The notes under the pieces: model-generated
Databases searched by the model: none
What the model was told of the DNA's origin: nothing
Seen by the model: only the letters and a program-made list of their open reading frames with translations
Shown: positions 1 to 10,067 of the stretch, in pieces
How positions within the stretch are numbered: the stretch's first letter is position 1
Layout: every line of letters begins with the position of its first letter
Position numbers and translations under genes: made by a program
From: a plasmid
Sequence record: NZ_CP099764.1
Length of the DNA stretch: 64,000 nt
Strand: one strand, 5' to 3'

Positions 1-550
1 TCACGCCATCCACGGAAACGGGAATAACACTCAGACCATACGTATCCCGGAAGCCATTAATGACCTGCGCCAGTTGCCCGTCGATGGGGTCCTGCCCCCG
101 GTAAAAAAACATGATGCCGTAGTGTTCAGCCAGTTTCGCAATGGCCTGTCGCTGCTGCGCCTGGTCTGCTGCCAGCTGGTTCCGTACCGTGCCGTTGTAA
201 TGGCTGTACTGCAGGTTATAGTCCAGTTCAGGATGTGCCAGCATGGCCTTTCTGGCGCTCATGGTGAAAAGCCCGGCCTGCTGAGTCCAGTAATTTTGCA
301 GCCGGAAATATTTCACAAAATTATCCACGCCGGGATACAGAATGGCTTCGTACAGCGCCCGCTTTGTTGCCGTCTGCAGTGCGGCCAGTTTCTGCATAAT
401 ATCCGGTTCCTGACGGGGGGCTGCAGGTACAGGTTTATTTTCTTTTTCCTTCGGATTTATTTTCTCGTTATACCACTGCCAGCCTGCATCTTTTCCTGAC
501 GCCGGAAAAATAAAGCAGCAGAGTAACAGTGGCAGTAATGCTTTATTCAT
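1..550 (-). CDS. traF: TraF, F-type pilus assembly protein (partial; C-terminus beyond window start)
   Basis: minus-strand ATG at 548-550 gives MNKALLPLLLCCFIFPASGKDAGWQWYNEK..., matching recalled F TraF N-terminus; sits after trbE as in the F tra operon. Confidence 0.75.
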   Translation of the reverse strand, partial: MNKALLPLLLCCFIFPASGKDAGWQWYNEKINPKEKENKPVPAAPRQEPDIMQKLAALQTATKRALYEAILYPGVDNFVKYFRLQNYWTQQAGLFTMSARKAMLAHPELDYNLQYSHYNGTVRNQLAADQAQQRQAIAKLAEHYGIMFFYRGQDPIDGQLAQVINGFRDTYGLSVIPVSVDGV

Positions 551-803
551 CTTCATTCCTTTCATCACTTTTTCTTTCATCAGGTTTCTGCAGGTCAGTC
601 AGGGCAGAAAAACAAAAATACAGAATAAACAGGAGCACACCGGAGTAAAGGATAACGAAAGCAGCGGCAAGCATCCCGTCTGCCGTGGTTTCTTTTACCG
701 TATCCCACGACCAGATAATTACCGGAGAAATGACAATCGCTGTAATCAAAAGCCGGATAAGAAAATCAATAAAACGGTTCGACGTGAATATGACTTTCAT
801 CAT
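543..803 (-). CDS. trbE: TrbE (86 aa small inner-membrane tra protein)
   Basis: 86-aa hydrophobic ORF between traN and traF, F gene order and size. Confidence 0.7.
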   Translation of the reverse strand: MMKVIFTSNRFIDFLIRLLITAIVISPVIIWSWDTVKETTADGMLAAAFVILYSGVLLFILYFCFSALTDLQKPDERKSDERNEDE

Positions 804-826
804 TTCCCCCGGTTATTTCCCATACC

Positions 827-2635
827 TTACTGTCCTGCCTGTTTCAGCTGGTCAGCAATCTGCTCTTTCACTTTCTGCGTCAGAACGCCACTGTCCGGGA
901 TTTTCTGGTTATTCATCAGGTCTTCGTAGAAGTTAGTGAAATCCAGTCTGTTGAACTGAATTTTCTGCAGCTCATCAACCGTAATCCCCCGACAGTCAGG
1001 ATGCTTCGCACTACCAAAACTGATACGCAACTGACCGTTGCGCCCCTGCTGCTGGACTATCTGCGCCAGCTTCGAATCAAACTGACAGTAGCTGCGTTTT
1101 TTCTCCAGACAGACACCCAGCACTTTCTTCGAACAGAACTCCCCGACGCTGACGGTCAGTTTGTTTGATTTTGCTTTAGCCAGGGCCTTTTCATCACTGC
1201 TGCATTTGGCCAGCCCGATATCCTGTCCCCAGCCGCTGTCCTTACAGCAGTTGCTGTATCCGGCTGCAGCCTTCTTACAAAATTTCGCCTGACCGGTGAA
1301 AGCACGGACATCCACCCCGTTCAGCGCCGCAACATCCTTACCTGCTGCGGCCAGTGCCGCCAGCTGAGAAACGGCTTCGGCAAAATCATTACTCTGCCCG
1401 CTCTGAGCCTTATCGCATTCGCCATCGAGACAGAAGACGTCTCCCCCACAGACCATCACTTTCCCGGATGTTTTTGACTCACAGGAGTACGTGGCATATT
1501 CATGCAGACAGGCACCTTCTTCGGAGTAAAAGGCACACTGGTGTGACACCAGGGTACAGGCAGGATTGTCGGTGTAGGTCTGACAGGTTCCCTTGTCTGC
1601 TGACTGCGTGACATACGTGTCCCGGTATGCCCAGCAGCTCTGGTACATGCTGTATGACTGACCGTCTTTCACCAGCGTCCTGTTCCCGCCAGCCTCCGTA
1701 CATTCTGTTTTTGTCAGTTTCCCCAGCTCCTTGCTGAACGGGCAGCTTTCAGACCAGACAACATACGGGGTGTACGAGGCTTTTTTTACCCTGACAACCA
1801 GACGCAGCTTCATTGCCGTATGACGTTTGAATTTTGTATTCCCGACCCGGACGGGGTGAGATGACGTAAAAGCCACACCGGCAGTCAGTGTTTTCTGTAC
1901 TGGTGTAAATGAGGCATCTGCTGAGTATTTGGCATTCCAGCTCAGTGGGGTTCCCAGTACTGTAATTGTCATAGGTACACTCTTCTGCAGGTAAGTACGA
2001 CTCCAGCTGTAATGCGCATCGACAATTTCACCGGTAACGGGAGAGGTAATGGAGACAACATACTGACCATTCACTTCACGTGCAGGTAGCTGACTCATTT
2101 CATACTCCAGCGTCCGGGTTTCCCATGTGGTACTCCCCTGCAGCTCCATACGGGCAGTTCGTGTGCAGTACTGCTCCACCTGTAAATCCCGCTCACAGGT
2201 GTAATTCGTGTATTCACTCCGGCTAATCTCCTGCGCACTGCACTGCTGCCCGGTGTTTCCCACAATGCTGTCAGCCCGGTTCACCACATCCCTGCCGGTC
2301 TGGATAAACGGTGCATCCGGTGAAAGAATGTCTTTCGGCTTGTTCATGAATGACTCTGTAATGGTTTTTCCGGTTTCACCGGTCGCCCATTCCGTGGTGC
2401 CGTCATTTTTCAGGCCGCCATCCCCGCCGGCAGTCACGCCACCGTAATATTTTGTCTCGTCCGGATTCGCGTTATAGCCGGGGATACTCTCCTGTGGCTT
2501 AAAGCCCTGAATACTGCTGCTTCCCTGTCCTTTGATCTGGTGAGCAAAATCAGAGCCGGCCCGGTAATCACTGTTGCTGTCAGCCTGTGCCATGCCGGCA
2601 ACCAGAGCCAGTATCAGAGGTAAAATACGTTTCAT
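827..2635 (-). CDS. traN: TraN, mating-pair stabilisation outer-membrane protein (602 aa, Cys-rich)
   Basis: 602 aa as in F TraN, signal peptide MKRILPLILALVAGMAQA, many cysteines in C-terminal half, position between trbC and trbE. Confidence 0.9.
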   Translation of the reverse strand: MKRILPLILALVAGMAQADSNSDYRAGSDFAHQIKGQGSSSIQGFKPQESIPGYNANPDETKYYGGVTAGGDGGLKNDGTTEWATGETGKTITESFMNKPKDILSPDAPFIQTGRDVVNRADSIVGNTGQQCSAQEISRSEYTNYTCERDLQVEQYCTRTARMELQGSTTWETRTLEYEMSQLPAREVNGQYVVSITSPVTGEIVDAHYSWSRTYLQKSVPMTITVLGTPLSWNAKYSADASFTPVQKTLTAGVAFTSSHPVRVGNTKFKRHTAMKLRLVVRVKKASYTPYVVWSESCPFSKELGKLTKTECTEAGGNRTLVKDGQSYSMYQSCWAYRDTYVTQSADKGTCQTYTDNPACTLVSHQCAFYSEEGACLHEYATYSCESKTSGKVMVCGGDVFCLDGECDKAQSGQSNDFAEAVSQLAALAAAGKDVAALNGVDVRAFTGQAKFCKKAAAGYSNCCKDSGWGQDIGLAKCSSDEKALAKAKSNKLTVSVGEFCSKKVLGVCLEKKRSYCQFDSKLAQIVQQQGRNGQLRISFGSAKHPDCRGITVDELQKIQFNRLDFTNFYEDLMNNQKIPDSGVLTQKVKEQIADQLKQAGQ

Positions 2636-3270
2636 TTCCCGGAATCTCCTTTCCCTGCCAGTAAATCATGAGCCACCTGCCGGCAGTCACCCGTGGCGGC
2701 CACTTTCTCCAGCGCCTGGCCGACCCGCAGGTTTCCCCGGATGATGTCGTATCCCTGACGGCAGAACACCACCAGTGCCGGTACACTGCGAATGCCGTAC
2801 TGTGAAAACAGCGTCGGGTCGATCTGAACACCATCAGTTGCGCCGTCTTTCACCAGGGACAACACGGCTTCAGCGGTGGTCTTCAGGTCATTATTCACCA
2901 TGCCCCGCAGTGTGGCCGGAATACCGTAGTGCCGGGTTTCGCCCAGCATCCGTTTCAGCCCCTCTTCGGGAATGGAAAACGACACAAAATACAGGGCACC
3001 CTGCCGGGGTTTCCCGTCCTGTGAAGCCTGCTGTTTACGAACCAGCTCATCCAGGAAATGGTTATCTGAACGCTGAAGGGGGTTTTCCAGCACCTGCTTC
3101 TCCGCCCAGGCTTTCAGCTGATGGTCAGGTTTTTCACGCAGTTGTCTGCTTAAATTTTCCTGCTGCTTCAGGAACTGGCGGTTTTCAGGTGTGTTCACAT
3201 TTTCTGACGCCATAACCGCCCCGTTCAGCATCATCAGCAGTGCTGCCAGAGATTTCATACTCAGCTTCAT
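2632..3270 (-). CDS. trbC: TrbC, periplasmic pilus assembly protein
   Basis: 212-213 aa, signal peptide, 4-bp overlap with traN stop, F order traU-trbC-traN. Confidence 0.8.
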   Translation of the reverse strand: MKLSMKSLAALLMMLNGAVMASENVNTPENRQFLKQQENLSRQLREKPDHQLKAWAEKQVLENPLQRSDNHFLDELVRKQQASQDGKPRQGALYFVSFSIPEEGLKRMLGETRHYGIPATLRGMVNNDLKTTAEAVLSLVKDGATDGVQIDPTLFSQYGIRSVPALVVFCRQGYDIIRGNLRVGQALEKVAATGDCRQVAHDLLAGKGDSGK

Positions 3271-3278
3271 CATTCACC

Positions 3279-4271
3279 TCACAGGAAGACACAGTTACGT
3301 TTACGCCACATCAGGTAGCCGAAGTTTTTCTTTGTGTTGGGCGGATTTTTCCCGGTTTCCCAGCGGGTCACGCTGCGCCCGAACGGGTGGCACTGCCCGC
3401 TGTCCGGATACATATTCACCATCTGGTAACGCCAGCGTTCTTTGGGCAGGATTGGGGACGGATATTCATTACAGACGGCGTTATTTTTCCCGATGGTTTC
3501 CATAATCATGCCCTGACGGTGCAGCTTGAACGCCATGCGTTCACTGACCAGCAGGGAGGACTGCAACGGACTGGACTCATTACTCACCCAGCCATTGAAC
3601 GGGTACATACTTCCCTGCGAACCGGCACACCAGAACAGAGTATCGATGGGCATGTTAAAGGCGCTGGCAATGGCATCTGCAGCACAGGCCCCCTGTGCTA
3701 TCGGATTGGCAAAAATGACGGCTTCCGGATTGAGAATGGTGGTCAGGCTGCTGTCCGTCCAGGTGGGGTCGATTTCAGAAAGATAAGCGATATCCAGGTC
3801 ACCACCTTCCAGGCAGCCCAGCGATGTGATGATGTTAAGCCAGTACGTCAGCGGGTATTTGTACCAGTGAACGTGATAGAACGCTCCGTTCACCTGCTTC
3901 TCATCTTTTTTCGCCGTTCCCTGTGCCGTTTTACCAAAAGCCGGCAGGCTGAAGCCCAGGTTCACCATACATCCCGGTGACCGGGTGACGTCCGTCAGCG
4001 CCATCGGCTCCCAGTAACCAATGGCCAGTCCGATACGCCTGAACAGCGGCGGCGGTGCCGGACAAATCTGAATGGGCATCGACGGGTTCGCCGTGTCGGG
4101 GACCTTACCCTGACTGACTTTGATACTGCCCAGCGAGAGCGGGAAAATACAGCTCCAGCAGATATCCGTGATCGGGTTTACAAAACGCCCCTCACAGGCA
4201 GAATCCGCAGACGCCGCAGGGACATGACCGGCGAGAAGGAATAACATCAGCAGCCACAGGCTTCGCTTCAT
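3279..4271 (-). CDS. traU: TraU, pilus assembly / DNA transfer protein (330 aa)
   Basis: 330 aa as in F TraU, signal peptide MKRSLWLLMLFLLAGHVPAASA, F gene order. Confidence 0.9.
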   Translation of the reverse strand: MKRSLWLLMLFLLAGHVPAASADSACEGRFVNPITDICWSCIFPLSLGSIKVSQGKVPDTANPSMPIQICPAPPPLFRRIGLAIGYWEPMALTDVTRSPGCMVNLGFSLPAFGKTAQGTAKKDEKQVNGAFYHVHWYKYPLTYWLNIITSLGCLEGGDLDIAYLSEIDPTWTDSSLTTILNPEAVIFANPIAQGACAADAIASAFNMPIDTLFWCAGSQGSMYPFNGWVSNESSPLQSSLLVSERMAFKLHRQGMIMETIGKNNAVCNEYPSPILPKERWRYQMVNMYPDSGQCHPFGRSVTRWETGKNPPNTKKNFGYLMWRKRNCVFL

Positions 4272-4900
4272 TTTCTGCCCTCCTCTGCCGGAATAAATTC
4301 CACCTTCAGGAAGCGATTGCCGGGAACGGCGCTCACCCGTGCCGGTACCTGATCGATGCCGAGGCGCTGGCAGAGCACACCGTTCTGGTCAAAGTAAACA
4401 CGGCTGTCCAGTGCTTTCTGCATCTCCGGGATACTGCCCTGCACCAGGATAATTTTGCTCTCCAGTGTGGGCGGCGTCTGGCGTTTCATCCAGGCAACCT
4501 GCGCCGGATCATCGCCATTGATGAAATACAGCGTCTGGTTAAAAGGAACATACTGCAGCGGATTCATCACTTCACCCTGGCGGGCAAACACCCGCCCTTC
4601 GTTATCCCGGATATCCGCAGCCAGTCTGACGGACGGGTCAAACAACCGGCTGCCGTATTTCTCCGTGCGTCCGATACCGGGCACGGCAGGGGGCCGCAGA
4701 CTGTTGCGGATCACCCGCTCCTTAAAGGCATCCATTTTCCGGCCCATCTCACCGGACTGCTCCAGTACCGTCAGGCGCTGCATGATCACCGTCAGCATGT
4801 CCGGCTCCTTTACCGGCCACAGATCGCCCCAGGTGCCAAGATCGGCGGCGGCCACACTCTGCCCCCATACCAGCAGGGCAATCAGCCCCCGACATCTCAT
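4268..4900 (-). CDS. traW: TraW, pilus assembly protein (about 210 aa; the listed ORF carries an N-terminal extension that overlaps trbI)
   Basis: ORF 4268..5014; an internal Met (MRCRGLIALLVWGQSVAAA signal peptide) gives 210 aa as in F TraW. Confidence 0.8.
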   Translation of the reverse strand: MRCRGLIALLVWGQSVAAADLGTWGDLWPVKEPDMLTVIMQRLTVLEQSGEMGRKMDAFKERVIRNSLRPPAVPGIGRTEKYGSRLFDPSVRLAADIRDNEGRVFARQGEVMNPLQYVPFNQTLYFINGDDPAQVAWMKRQTPPTLESKIILVQGSIPEMQKALDSRVYFDQNGVLCQRLGIDQVPARVSAVPGNRFLKVEFIPAEEGRK

Positions 4901-5283
4901 GGTTCTGCCCTCATTCGCCGGGCAATATCCTGCTGGATTTCCCGGGTGATATCCGGTGCCCCCTGTACCACAGCAGGCGACACCAGAATGACCGCGTGGT
5001 GTTTCTGCTGCCACGCCTGCAGGCTGGCTTCCAGTGCCGTGTTAAAACGCGCTGAAAGGGCTTTTGACTGTACTTCTGACAGTTGTTTCTGACTGGCGCT
5101 GTCAAAAAACGCATCTACGGTCTGTTTCATGTTGAAGGCGACAGTCACCGGTGCGTTCAGTCTGACAATGCCGTAACTGACAGCTGCGTTCAGTAACACC
5201 ATTGCCAGACAACCTGGCACCGTCCACCACCAGTGGCTGCGTCGTTCTGCCGTGACGTCGGCGGGTTTCTGCGTTGAACTCAT
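4897..5283 (-). CDS. trbI: TrbI (128 aa)
   Basis: 128 aa as in F TrbI, between traC and traW, overlapping stop/start. Confidence 0.8.
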   Translation of the reverse strand: MSSTQKPADVTAERRSHWWWTVPGCLAMVLLNAAVSYGIVRLNAPVTVAFNMKQTVDAFFDSASQKQLSEVQSKALSARFNTALEASLQAWQQKHHAVILVSPAVVQGAPDITREIQQDIARRMRAEP

Positions 5284-7907
5284 GCAACACTCCTGTATTT
5301 CTCATGTTCTTCCAGCCAGGCTTCCAGCGAAGCCATCTCCGGCCCTGACTTCTTCCACGCCAGCTGCCACACCGCCTCATGAATACTCAGCCCCTCTTTA
5401 CGTTTCTGCTGCACAAACTCAAAATCCGGGCCGTCAGAGCTGTACATGGCGCGGCTTAACGGGTCCACAAACAGGCGGTGCCAGGAGGAATGGTTTTCCA
5501 CCTGCAGCAGGAAGGAACTGAACCACTGATCTTTGGCCGCACCGAACTTACCAATCATGTCACGCTGCAGTGGCAGGAACTGGTCCGGATACAGCTGGTT
5601 GTATTTCGCGAACTCCTTCGCACTCTGTTTGAGGATAATTTTGTAGGAGGAGTTACCCCATGCCGCGCGGGCAGCACTGGAGGCCTTGTCAGAGTCAAAG
5701 TCGACGATGTTCTGTGTGATGGTGATATAGGCACCGGTATGACGGCGGGCGGTACGGTAACCTTTCTCAATAAACTCACCGACCTTGTGATTTTTGAAGT
5801 CCAGCAGACGCCATCCCTCATCAATGACGTTCAGTTTTTTGAGGTTACGCGGCGTGCGGTACATCCTGTTCTCGATGTAAATAATGAGGCTGAACATCAC
5901 CGCAACCAGCAGTGACGGACGGTCTTCCAGTCCGCCCAGCTCCAGCACCACCATTTTCGCATCATCCCGCAGGGACGGCTCATCAGAGTTAAAATACCGG
6001 CCGTAAGTGCCGCCGGCGGTATATTGATCCAGCAGGACAATCATTTCATCCAGACGGCTGCGGATGGTCGGTGACTCGACATACTGGTCGTTATCACGGG
6101 CGTTTTTCAGGAAATCCACCACATCATCGATGCGCGCCCTGTTCTTTTTAGCCAGCCAGGAGGCCCTGACCGCCTGCAGCAGCAGACCTTCATGCACTTC
6201 ATCCAGGTTACCGTTGGGGCTGGCCATCACCGACAACTGGTCACGGACACGCTCCGCTGACTGGTCAATATCGGTGATGTTCGCAAACGGGTTAAAACGC
6301 AGGGTTTCACCGTCCAGATACACCCCGCCCATGTTCTCACACAGGGACTTATATCCATCCCCCATGTCAAACACCACGGCAAAGCCCCCGGAGTCCAGCA
6401 CGCTGCGGATAAGGGGCTGTATCAGTCCGGTTTTACCGGCCCCGGAGGTGCCACAGACCGCCATGTTGTAGTTGGTGTTATTCATCCCCCGGAAGAAAAT
6501 ATCGATAAACGCCAGCTGGTTACGGTAGGTGGGTGCCAGCAGACCTGCCGGTGTCAGGGGGTTATCCGCCACTAACGGCATCAGGTTGGCCACATTAAAG
6601 CTCTCTGCGCGCTGAACCACACCGGCCTCTTTCAGCTGTTTAAACAGCCCTTTCCCGGCCATAAAGGGAAGGCAGGTCAGGAAATTACGCATGTGGTTAA
6701 AGCGCGGTGAAATCAGCTCAAAACCGTTTTTACGGAAGCTGTTCAGGATGTCCTGCTCCACTTCCAGCGCCGTTTCATTATTGTCCTTGCAGAATGCTGT
6801 GATGTTGAGGAAGTAGGACACGACAGAGGACTGACCGGAGCCCAGCCGCTGACGCAGTTCCCCCCACTCCTTCGCCTCTTTCTCCACGGACGGAAACCAT
6901 TTGGCATAGGAGGTCTTCGACTTTTTCTCCAGGTCCATGTACTTCAGGTTGGCTTCGCTGTGGGTTTTCACCTGGTCTTCCACCACCAGAGTCAGCGTCA
7001 GGATGAACGGACAGGAGATGGACAGTTCCGGGTTCAGCAGGTTGCTGTAGTTGTCGGCCATGTTCCACAGGAAGGCGATTTCCGGGTTACGGGCCAGATG
7101 GAAATTCAGGATGCGGGCCGTGCTGTTCCTGCCCTTCTCACGCAGGCCCAGCGTCAGGTAATCCGCCCGGACTTTCAGGTCAAAACTGTCCTCCACACAC
7201 TGATAATTCAGATCAGAATACGGGTCCAGCTGACGTCTTTTCGGATACAGGGAGTCCGGGTTATGGTTAATCATCTCCCCGACAATATCGATAAAGGCCT
7301 GTGCATCCACCGCCTGTGTGGTGATACTGGCCCCCTGTAACGACGCCCGGATGATTTTCACCAGGTTTTCCATTTCCAGAATATCAGCCCGGCTTTTTTT
7401 CTTCGAGGGAGAACAGTACGAGAAGAATACCCGGTAATGGCGCAGGGTCAGGGGCAGATTCATCCCCTCCGGCAGCGGAAACTGTGTCGCTGCCGCGTTC
7501 ATATAATAGGCACGGGTAATGGCGTTAAACCGTTCAGCCTGTTCACCCGACCAGGAGAACTCACGCAGCCCGTATTCAATCCTGTCACCAACCAGCTGAC
7601 TGGACATCAGATGGATGCAGAACGGCACCCCGCGCGGCAGTTTGGTGCGCAGCATGTGATCGAGGGCCTCCACAATGGACTCATTCGCCCCATTGATGGG
7701 AATGGCTTCCAGCATAAAGCCCATCGTGGTGTCATTCATGAACAGACCGGATTCCTGGTTGTAATCACGGTACGGCAGCAGACGACTGAACTGCGGGAAG
7801 CTCATTTCGCCCAGAACTTCATTGGCCTTTGCGGATTCGTCAGGCAGTTTCAGTGCTGTGACGAGGGAGTTAACCGCCTGAGTGACGGCCTCAAGTGGAT
7901 TATTCAC
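5280..7907 (-). CDS. traC: TraC, VirB4-family T4SS ATPase (875 aa)
   Basis: 875 aa identical in length to F TraC; Walker A motif GTSGAGKTG, Walker B-like DEGWRLL. Confidence 0.95.
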   Translation of the reverse strand: MNNPLEAVTQAVNSLVTALKLPDESAKANEVLGEMSFPQFSRLLPYRDYNQESGLFMNDTTMGFMLEAIPINGANESIVEALDHMLRTKLPRGVPFCIHLMSSQLVGDRIEYGLREFSWSGEQAERFNAITRAYYMNAAATQFPLPEGMNLPLTLRHYRVFFSYCSPSKKKSRADILEMENLVKIIRASLQGASITTQAVDAQAFIDIVGEMINHNPDSLYPKRRQLDPYSDLNYQCVEDSFDLKVRADYLTLGLREKGRNSTARILNFHLARNPEIAFLWNMADNYSNLLNPELSISCPFILTLTLVVEDQVKTHSEANLKYMDLEKKSKTSYAKWFPSVEKEAKEWGELRQRLGSGQSSVVSYFLNITAFCKDNNETALEVEQDILNSFRKNGFELISPRFNHMRNFLTCLPFMAGKGLFKQLKEAGVVQRAESFNVANLMPLVADNPLTPAGLLAPTYRNQLAFIDIFFRGMNNTNYNMAVCGTSGAGKTGLIQPLIRSVLDSGGFAVVFDMGDGYKSLCENMGGVYLDGETLRFNPFANITDIDQSAERVRDQLSVMASPNGNLDEVHEGLLLQAVRASWLAKKNRARIDDVVDFLKNARDNDQYVESPTIRSRLDEMIVLLDQYTAGGTYGRYFNSDEPSLRDDAKMVVLELGGLEDRPSLLVAVMFSLIIYIENRMYRTPRNLKKLNVIDEGWRLLDFKNHKVGEFIEKGYRTARRHTGAYITITQNIVDFDSDKASSAARAAWGNSSYKIILKQSAKEFAKYNQLYPDQFLPLQRDMIGKFGAAKDQWFSSFLLQVENHSSWHRLFVDPLSRAMYSSDGPDFEFVQQKRKEGLSIHEAVWQLAWKKSGPEMASLEAWLEEHEKYRSVA

Positions 7908-8066
7908 ATGAATTCCTTAGTTGAAAAATAAAGCGAGAAATGCGGTAGCCATGAAGGGAATACCTGTAATTAACGCGCCATTTCCCGGCACATATACAAA
8001 GATTTCTGTTTTCTGAATATCCACTCATGTTCATCCGGAATTAAATCACTATGTTCTGCGACTGAC

Positions 8067-8288
8067 TTATGCATAATGTTTTCTCTGTCTTTCCTGATAC
8101 GCCTGACATTCAACGCACAACGTCACACCGGGAAATATTTTCCGCCGGGCTTCCGGAGCAGGATTCCCGCATGCTTCACAGAGATAAACAGGAATACCAT
8201 GAGCATTTATTTTCTGGCGTATCCGGTTTATTCCTGTCATGGTCAGTTGTTCTGTCACTGAATATGCTTCATCGGCTTCATCACTCAC
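8067..8288 (-). CDS. traR: TraR, DksA/TraR-family C4 zinc-finger protein (73 aa)
   Basis: 73 aa; CEACGNPAPEARRKIFPGVTLCVEC C4 motif; between traV and traC. Confidence 0.9.
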   Translation of the reverse strand: MSDEADEAYSVTEQLTMTGINRIRQKINAHGIPVYLCEACGNPAPEARRKIFPGVTLCVECQAYQERQRKHYA

Positions 8289-8422
8289 GGAATATTCCTC
8301 CCGACATGTTCTGACACGCTACCGCCCATCCCTTTTCACGCACAGGGCACTCGTTTTACAGGCAGATTTTGAATACAGAAAGCCTGCCGGCATTGCCGGC
8401 TGATATACAACTTCAGGGCCAG

Positions 8423-8938
8423 TTAATTAATACGTGGTTTTCCCCACGCAGACGGTTTAATAACAAAAAACACGCTGGATGGCTGATGATAAACATCCTG
8501 ATTATCAATATAAGGCGCTATCCATAATGCAGCCGTCTGCTCACCCGTTCTTAGCGGACGAGGAGGTGTTACCGGCGCAACTGAACTGACCGGAACAATC
8601 GTTTTCACTTCCCGGGCAGCGGTAAACAGCGGGCGTGGTGCCAGCAGTTTCTGCTCCGGATGTGCTGTCACCGCAGGTCTGCTGCCGGACGGAGTGGCCG
8701 CGGTGACGGTCTGCACCGGCATTGTCCGGAAGTTCCCTTCACCCAGGCGCGGCAGTGATGCCGCAACCGGCTTTGCTTCTGAGGACTGCTCCAGTTTTTT
8801 GGCCTTCTCATTGGCCTGCTCCATCGTCATACAGGTATCGGATGTGGTGGCGTTACACTCAAATTCCGTATTAGTTCCGGCACAGCCGGAAAGTAATAAG
8901 GTCCCCAGCAGAGGAATAAATAAAGAAATCTGTTTCAT
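8423..8938 (-). CDS. traV: TraV, outer-membrane lipoprotein of the T4SS core (171 aa)
   Basis: 171 aa; lipobox LLLSGCAG; F order trbG-traV-traR. Confidence 0.9.
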   Translation of the reverse strand: MKQISLFIPLLGTLLLSGCAGTNTEFECNATTSDTCMTMEQANEKAKKLEQSSEAKPVAASLPRLGEGNFRTMPVQTVTAATPSGSRPAVTAHPEQKLLAPRPLFTAAREVKTIVPVSSVAPVTPPRPLRTGEQTAALWIAPYIDNQDVYHQPSSVFFVIKPSAWGKPRIN

Positions 8939-9186
8939 TGTCCCTCACCTTTCTCATCGCAGTTCACAAAATCATTCTTCAAATCCCTGACCGTACAGGT
9001 TTTTACAATGTCAGGATTTTCAAAAACCGTATTCCGTGATGATTTATAAACATATGCCACAATGCGTTTCCCCCCCGCATCAGGTTCTGGCACACTGACT
9101 TCACATAACGGAGGGGTTATTCCGGATTCATACAGCACCGGATACTTTATTTTTTTGACGCTGCCATCAGAAACCAGCTTATTCAT
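8935..9186 (-). CDS. trbG: TrbG (83 aa)
   Basis: 83 aa as in F TrbG; position between trbD and traV. Confidence 0.7.
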   Translation of the reverse strand: MNKLVSDGSVKKIKYPVLYESGITPPLCEVSVPEPDAGGKRIVAYVYKSSRNTVFENPDIVKTCTVRDLKNDFVNCDEKGEGQ

Positions 9187-9499
9187 CGAAGGGTTCCTTA
9201 TATTTCTGAATAATTCTGTCGATTAGTTCTTTCACCGGAACAGATTTTCCGCTACCGGATTGTCCGGCAACCACAATATGCCCCGGAGAAGAAAATAAGC
9301 TCATCGACATACCCTTCTTCATCACACCGACAGCAGCCATATTAAAATTGTGCGGCAATGATTCAGAACTGAATTCCTTCGGTGCAGGAAGTACGATTCT
9401 TGTGGTGCAGTTACTGAGAACAGCATGCATAAGATCATCTGATACGCTTTTATCCGGTACAGAGCGGGCAGTAATAACATTAATATTACGCATGTTCAT
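9179..9499 (-). CDS. trbD: TrbD-like small protein with P-loop-like motif (GQSGSGKS); start uncertain
   Basis: ORF 9179..9589; the Met codons at 9499/9493 follow the traP stop; F carries trbD at this slot. Confidence 0.45.
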   Translation of the reverse strand: MNMRNINVITARSVPDKSVSDDLMHAVLSNCTTRIVLPAPKEFSSESLPHNFNMAAVGVMKKGMSMSLFSSPGHIVVAGQSGSGKSVPVKELIDRIIQKYKEPFDE

Positions 9500-10067
9500 T
9501 TTTATCTCCGTTGTTTCTGATTGTTCTGTCATCAGGGAAATAAACATGGCACTCCCTGATTTTTCCCGGCAGGGAAGTGTCTTCTGCAAGAACTTCCTTC
9601 AGACGCTCATCTGCTGTTGCCACACGGACACATTTCATTTTTCCGGGTCGCACCGGATATTTCCCGGTGCCTGCCGCAAACGACATATACATAAGTGCCA
9701 GCGTTGCCCAGAATGCGGTGACCAGTTGCATCAGTGACCGGTCAGTCTCCCTGACATAATCTGCAGCATCAGCAGCACGGTAACGGCAGATTTTCTCTTC
9801 TGCTCCTGGAAGATCATGCAGAGAAGGCAAACATTCTCTTACAGGAAACTGCCCGGCAGGGGCTGTTTGTCTTACGAAGTCAATTTCCTGAACCAGTAAT
9901 TTTCCTGGTGTGGTGTTGTCCTTCCATAAAACAAACAGAGCCATCAGGGCCATTGTGGCCAGTGGCCAGATAACCACAAACCTGACGACCCACAGCAGCC
10001 AGCGAACGACAAACGCCACACGGAATGTCAGTGCATCACCCGCCATTTCCGCCCTCCTTGCCGGCAT
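9486..10067 (-). CDS. traP: TraP, inner-membrane pilus-stability protein (about 190 aa; start at 10067 or 10046)
   Basis: hydrophobic N-terminus (WLLWVVRFVVIWPLATMALMALFVLW), size and position between traB and trbD as in F. Confidence 0.75.
   Translation of the reverse strand: MPARRAEMAGDALTFRVAFVVRWLLWVVRFVVIWPLATMALMALFVLWKDNTTPGKLLVQEIDFVRQTAPAGQFPVRECLPSLHDLPGAEEKICRYRAADAADYVRETDRSLMQLVTAFWATLALMYMSFAAGTGKYPVRPGKMKCVRVATADERLKEVLAEDTSLPGKIRECHVYFPDDRTIRNNGDKNEHA

Noticed and set aside
74-499. 141-aa plus-strand ORF
   Set aside because: Lies antisense to the well-supported traF coding sequence (minus strand, F TraF N-terminus recognised), so it is a shadow ORF.
3240-3980. 246-aa plus-strand ORF and other antisense ORFs across traU, traN, traC and traB
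   Set aside because: They overlap strongly supported tra genes on the opposite strand and have no independent motif support.
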